Positions 61,695 to 64,000 of a stretch of 64,000 nt of DNA are shown in pieces. The notes below the pieces were generated by a model that was not told the DNA's origin, made no database searches, and saw only the letters and a program-made list of their open reading frames with translations. The stretch lies in contig CAZDZY010000001.1 of assembly GCA_964510055.1 (NCBI GenBank), positions 15,873-79,872 on the forward strand, given 5' to 3'. Made by a program: the position numbers and the translations under genes. Source of the stretch: an uncultured Christensenellaceae bacterium (GTDB lineage: Bacteria; Bacillota; Clostridia; Christensenellales; SZUA-584). Each line of letters begins with the position of its first letter. Position 1 is the stretch's first letter.

Positions 61695-64000
61695 TTATAC
61701 ATTTATGCTTCCCGACCAATATGACGTTTCTTTGCCCACTGTTTTCTTTCTTATGCTGATCACTGCCGCCCCTATTACGGCGCCCAGCGCGGCTCCGGCC
61801 AAGCTGGCGTACACGGCTATGAAATCATCGGACGGCTGTACCTCTTTGAAGGTTATGCTGTTTATCGTGCTCTTCATCGTCTCCGCAAGGCTGTCCGATA
61901 TCGCGCCTTCGCCTGAGTTAAGGGTTATATCTATCGTTTTCCCGTTCTTTACGGTAATATATTTCACTCCGTTTTCAGTTTCGTTGTTCTTCTGTCTGGA
62001 AAAAGAGCAAACTGCAAATTTGGCCTGCGCGTGAGTAAAAACTGAGAAATCTGAAAATACGGCTTGTTCTTCCTTTCGGTCCTCCCCTTCACGCGCTATG
62101 GTTTCCGCCTCTGCCAGTATATCTTCTTCCGGCAGGCTGTTAAAATCATATATTTCCCTGCTGCTGCGGGATTCTGTCATCGTTATTGTTATCCCCGCAT
62201 CAGATATCGCGTCTTCCATATCCATGTATGTACCGTTTTCTTTATATTTGCCAGGCAGCCCCGCGCCGTCTATCCCCAATAGCCCAAGCTCCGGGGCGTC
62301 TTCTTTGACATCCCGCGTTATTACGTACCAGCCCTTAGGCGAAACTATCGTCATATAGAGCTCGGACAGCTCAAACAGCGCCGTGTCAGGTATTGGTACA
62401 GCAGATGACAGCTTAGGCGAAACCTTTGTGAACTCTACGCTGTCGACCGCGCTATAGAGCGCGTCCTCATAGCCGGCGGGTATTTCTCCTCCCTTATTAT
62501 ACGACAGCGTGATCTTTATCCATTGCCCGTTTACAATAGTAAAATACTGTTTCCCGCTTACCGCTTTGCCGTCGGCCTGACGAGTAAAATCGCATACGGC
62601 AAATTTAATCTGATTCTGCGTGTAAAATGAGAATTCTGAAAAGTTCGTTCCCTCCGTTTTTATCTTTTCATTTGCCATTGATGCCCAAAACTGCAGATAA
62701 TCATCGGGCACATCGATAAAATCGCTGACGCCCCGGCTGTTCCCGGACAGCTCAACATCGATCCGGGCGTAAATATCAGGGCTTACCATATCCAGATAGG
62801 TGCCGTTTTCTTTATATCGGTCCGCAAGGCCTTTGCCATCGATCCCTAAAAGCCTAAGGTCCATGTCGTCTTCCTTTACATCCTGCGTGAACGCGTACCA
62901 CCCTTCAGGCGAGTCGATCGTCATGTTCAGATCGGGCAGGTCAAACGCTGTCCCTTTCGGCCCTGCCTGAGAAACGGGCGCAGAGGATACTTTTGTGAAC
63001 ACTACGTTGTCCACCACCCTTTTAAGCGTTTGTATAGAGCTTAAATGCGATTCGTTTTTGTATGGAAGCAGTGTAATATATATGATTTGCCCGTTGATAG
63101 ATGTAAAGAATTCTGTCCTGTCATCAGTGTATAGAATAAGGAATTTGGTTTGTTTATGCACATAAACAGAAAAGGTTGAATCAGCGCCCTTCTCAGCCCC
63201 TTTGGTAAACGGCTGCAGTAACAAGTCATCGGGAATTTCGTTAAAGTCAACGCCGTCGCTGTAATCTGCCATACTCACCGCTATCTCATCTTCCGACACC
63301 GGGTCTATCAATTGTAAGCTGATAGCGTGCTTTTTTGTATAATCCATAAACCACTTGCCGTCTATCCCTAAAAGCTTAAGGTTCGGGTCGTCGGCCTTTA
63401 CGTCTTCAGTAAATACGAACCACCCTTCGGGGGAATCCACTGTCAGGTGGAGTTCAGGCAGTTTATATTCTGCCGGAGGCGGCGCCACTGGTATCGGCTT
63501 TGACGTTACCTTTGTGAACACAATGCTGTCAACTACGCTTTTAAGAGTCTGTTCAAGGCTTTCGGACCGTTCACCTTTACCGGGATACAGTAGCTGGAAT
63601 GCCATGTCCTGTCCGTTGATAACAGTTATATATTCCGTACCATATGATGTTATTTTGCTGCTGACCGGCTTTGAAAAATTGCGAACATAAAATTTTGCCT
63701 GCCCATGTTTATATATGTAACCTTCCGTAAATGTTATCTTTTCTTTTTCTCTCTGTTTCTTCACTTCCGGCGATACCTTTTCCATCCCATCCTTCAATTC
63801 CTCGTCGGAAACAAGGTTGAAATCATATATATGCCGGCTGTACTCGGAATCCGCCATTACCACATAGATGCGGGCGTCAGGATCTGCGCTTTCCATATCA
63901 AGGTAAACGCCGTTTTTTTTAAAAAAATCCGCAAGCCCCTTCCCGTTTATCCCCAAAAACTTAAGAACAGGGTCGTCTTCTTTTACGTCCTGTGTAAAAG
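61695..64000 (-). CDS. Large modular repeat protein of unknown function with a C-terminal TM anchor; the 5' end lies outside the window
   Basis: The frame stays open beyond Met 63956 to the window edge (FTQDVKEDDPVLKFLGINGKGL). At least four modules of about 170 aa share SP(E/K)GW(Y/F).(F/I)T.DVK.D...L.LLGIDGKGL, YKENGTY(L/M)DM, ..KFA(V)C.F, YITV.NG..I.ITL and VDS(I/V).FTKV. C-terminal TM: FIAVYASLAGAALGAVIGAAVISI. Confidence 0.75.
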   Translation of the reverse strand, partial: FTQDVKEDDPVLKFLGINGKGLADFFKKNGVYLDMESADPDARIYVVMADSEYSRHIYDFNLVSDEELKDGMEKVSPEVKKQREKEKITFTEGYIYKHGQAKFYVRNFSKPVSSKITSYGTEYITVINGQDMAFQLLYPGKGERSESLEQTLKSVVDSIVFTKVTSKPIPVAPPPAEYKLPELHLTVDSPEGWFVFTEDVKADDPNLKLLGIDGKWFMDYTKKHAISLQLIDPVSEDEIAVSMADYSDGVDFNEIPDDLLLQPFTKGAEKGADSTFSVYVHKQTKFLILYTDDRTEFFTSINGQIIYITLLPYKNESHLSSIQTLKRVVDNVVFTKVSSAPVSQAGPKGTAFDLPDLNMTIDSPEGWYAFTQDVKEDDMDLRLLGIDGKGLADRYKENGTYLDMVSPDIYARIDVELSGNSRGVSDFIDVPDDYLQFWASMANEKIKTEGTNFSEFSFYTQNQIKFAVCDFTRQADGKAVSGKQYFTIVNGQWIKITLSYNKGGEIPAGYEDALYSAVDSVEFTKVSPKLSSAVPIPDTALFELSELYMTIVSPKGWYVITRDVKEDAPELGLLGIDGAGLPGKYKENGTYMDMEDAISDAGITITMTESRSSREIYDFNSLPEEDILAEAETIAREGEDRKEEQAVFSDFSVFTHAQAKFAVCSFSRQKNNETENGVKYITVKNGKTIDITLNSGEGAISDSLAETMKSTINSITFKEVQPSDDFIAVYASLAGAALGAVIGAAVISIRKKTVGKETSYWSGSINV

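Noticed and set aside
1-64000. Mobile elements, prophage, CRISPR-Cas, restriction-modification or other recognisable defence operons, and rRNA or tRNA genes.
   Set aside because: I found no transposase, integrase, recombinase, Cas, methylase/endonuclease pair or phage structural gene in any of the six frames, and no rRNA- or tRNA-like sequence. The AT-rich islets lack mobility genes, so they are reported only as compositional anomalies.

Overview
This looks like a chromosomal segment from a moderately GC-rich, Gram-positive, probably spore-forming Clostridia-like bacterium. Supporting signs are strong GGAGG-type ribosome-binding sites (SD), many lipobox lipoproteins and a CotF-type coat gene pair. 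About 60 protein genes are supported.

Housekeeping anchors are nnr (5'-truncated), sdaAB/sdaAA, mgsA and murF-ddl. Transport genes include an amino-acid ABC operon, a MacB/FtsX-type ABC pair with a 1092-aa permease, an MsbA-type exporter, a ClC channel, a MATE pump and an EamA transporter. Regulators are a BlaI-family repressor, a TetR, a MocR and an ECF sigma/anti-sigma pair. There is also a block of small-molecule-modifying enzymes (two GNATs, a hydrolase, a methyltransferase, a nucleotidyltransferase).

I found no rRNA, tRNA, CRISPR array, transposase, integrase or prophage genes, and no recognisable multi-gene defence or toxin system.

Observations worth a second look:
- Three genes have interrupted reading frames: an in-frame TAG in a metallophosphoesterase, a 1-nt frameshift at a T_TTA_AAA/A4 run in a nucleotidyltransferase, and an in-frame TAA followed by 70 open codons after a lipoprotein gene.
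- Several sharply AT-rich islets sit in GC-rich DNA (5.4-6.1 kb, 17.0-17.7 kb, 39.65-40.9 kb, 42.3-44.6 kb). One carries a membrane protein plus a cyclic-phosphate-processing receiver (cREC) gene, and a decayed duplicate of the membrane gene's 3' end lies 2.3 kb away.
- There is a tandem triplication of an uncharacterised membrane protein.
- A BlaI-family repressor with a double palindromic operator is coupled to a partner that is not an M56 protease.
- A terminator-like hairpin element occurs twice, flanking the amino-acid ABC operon.
- A tail-anchored protein is built from 33-nt (11-residue) tandem repeats.
- Two large repeat proteins are present: a 1637-aa secreted protein with Ig-like repeats, and a C-terminally anchored modular protein of more than 760 aa.
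- There are unannotated small units: a 28-codon ORF with its own promoter and terminator, and an orphan promoter-terminator pair.

All family assignments come from motif recognition by eye and need database confirmation.
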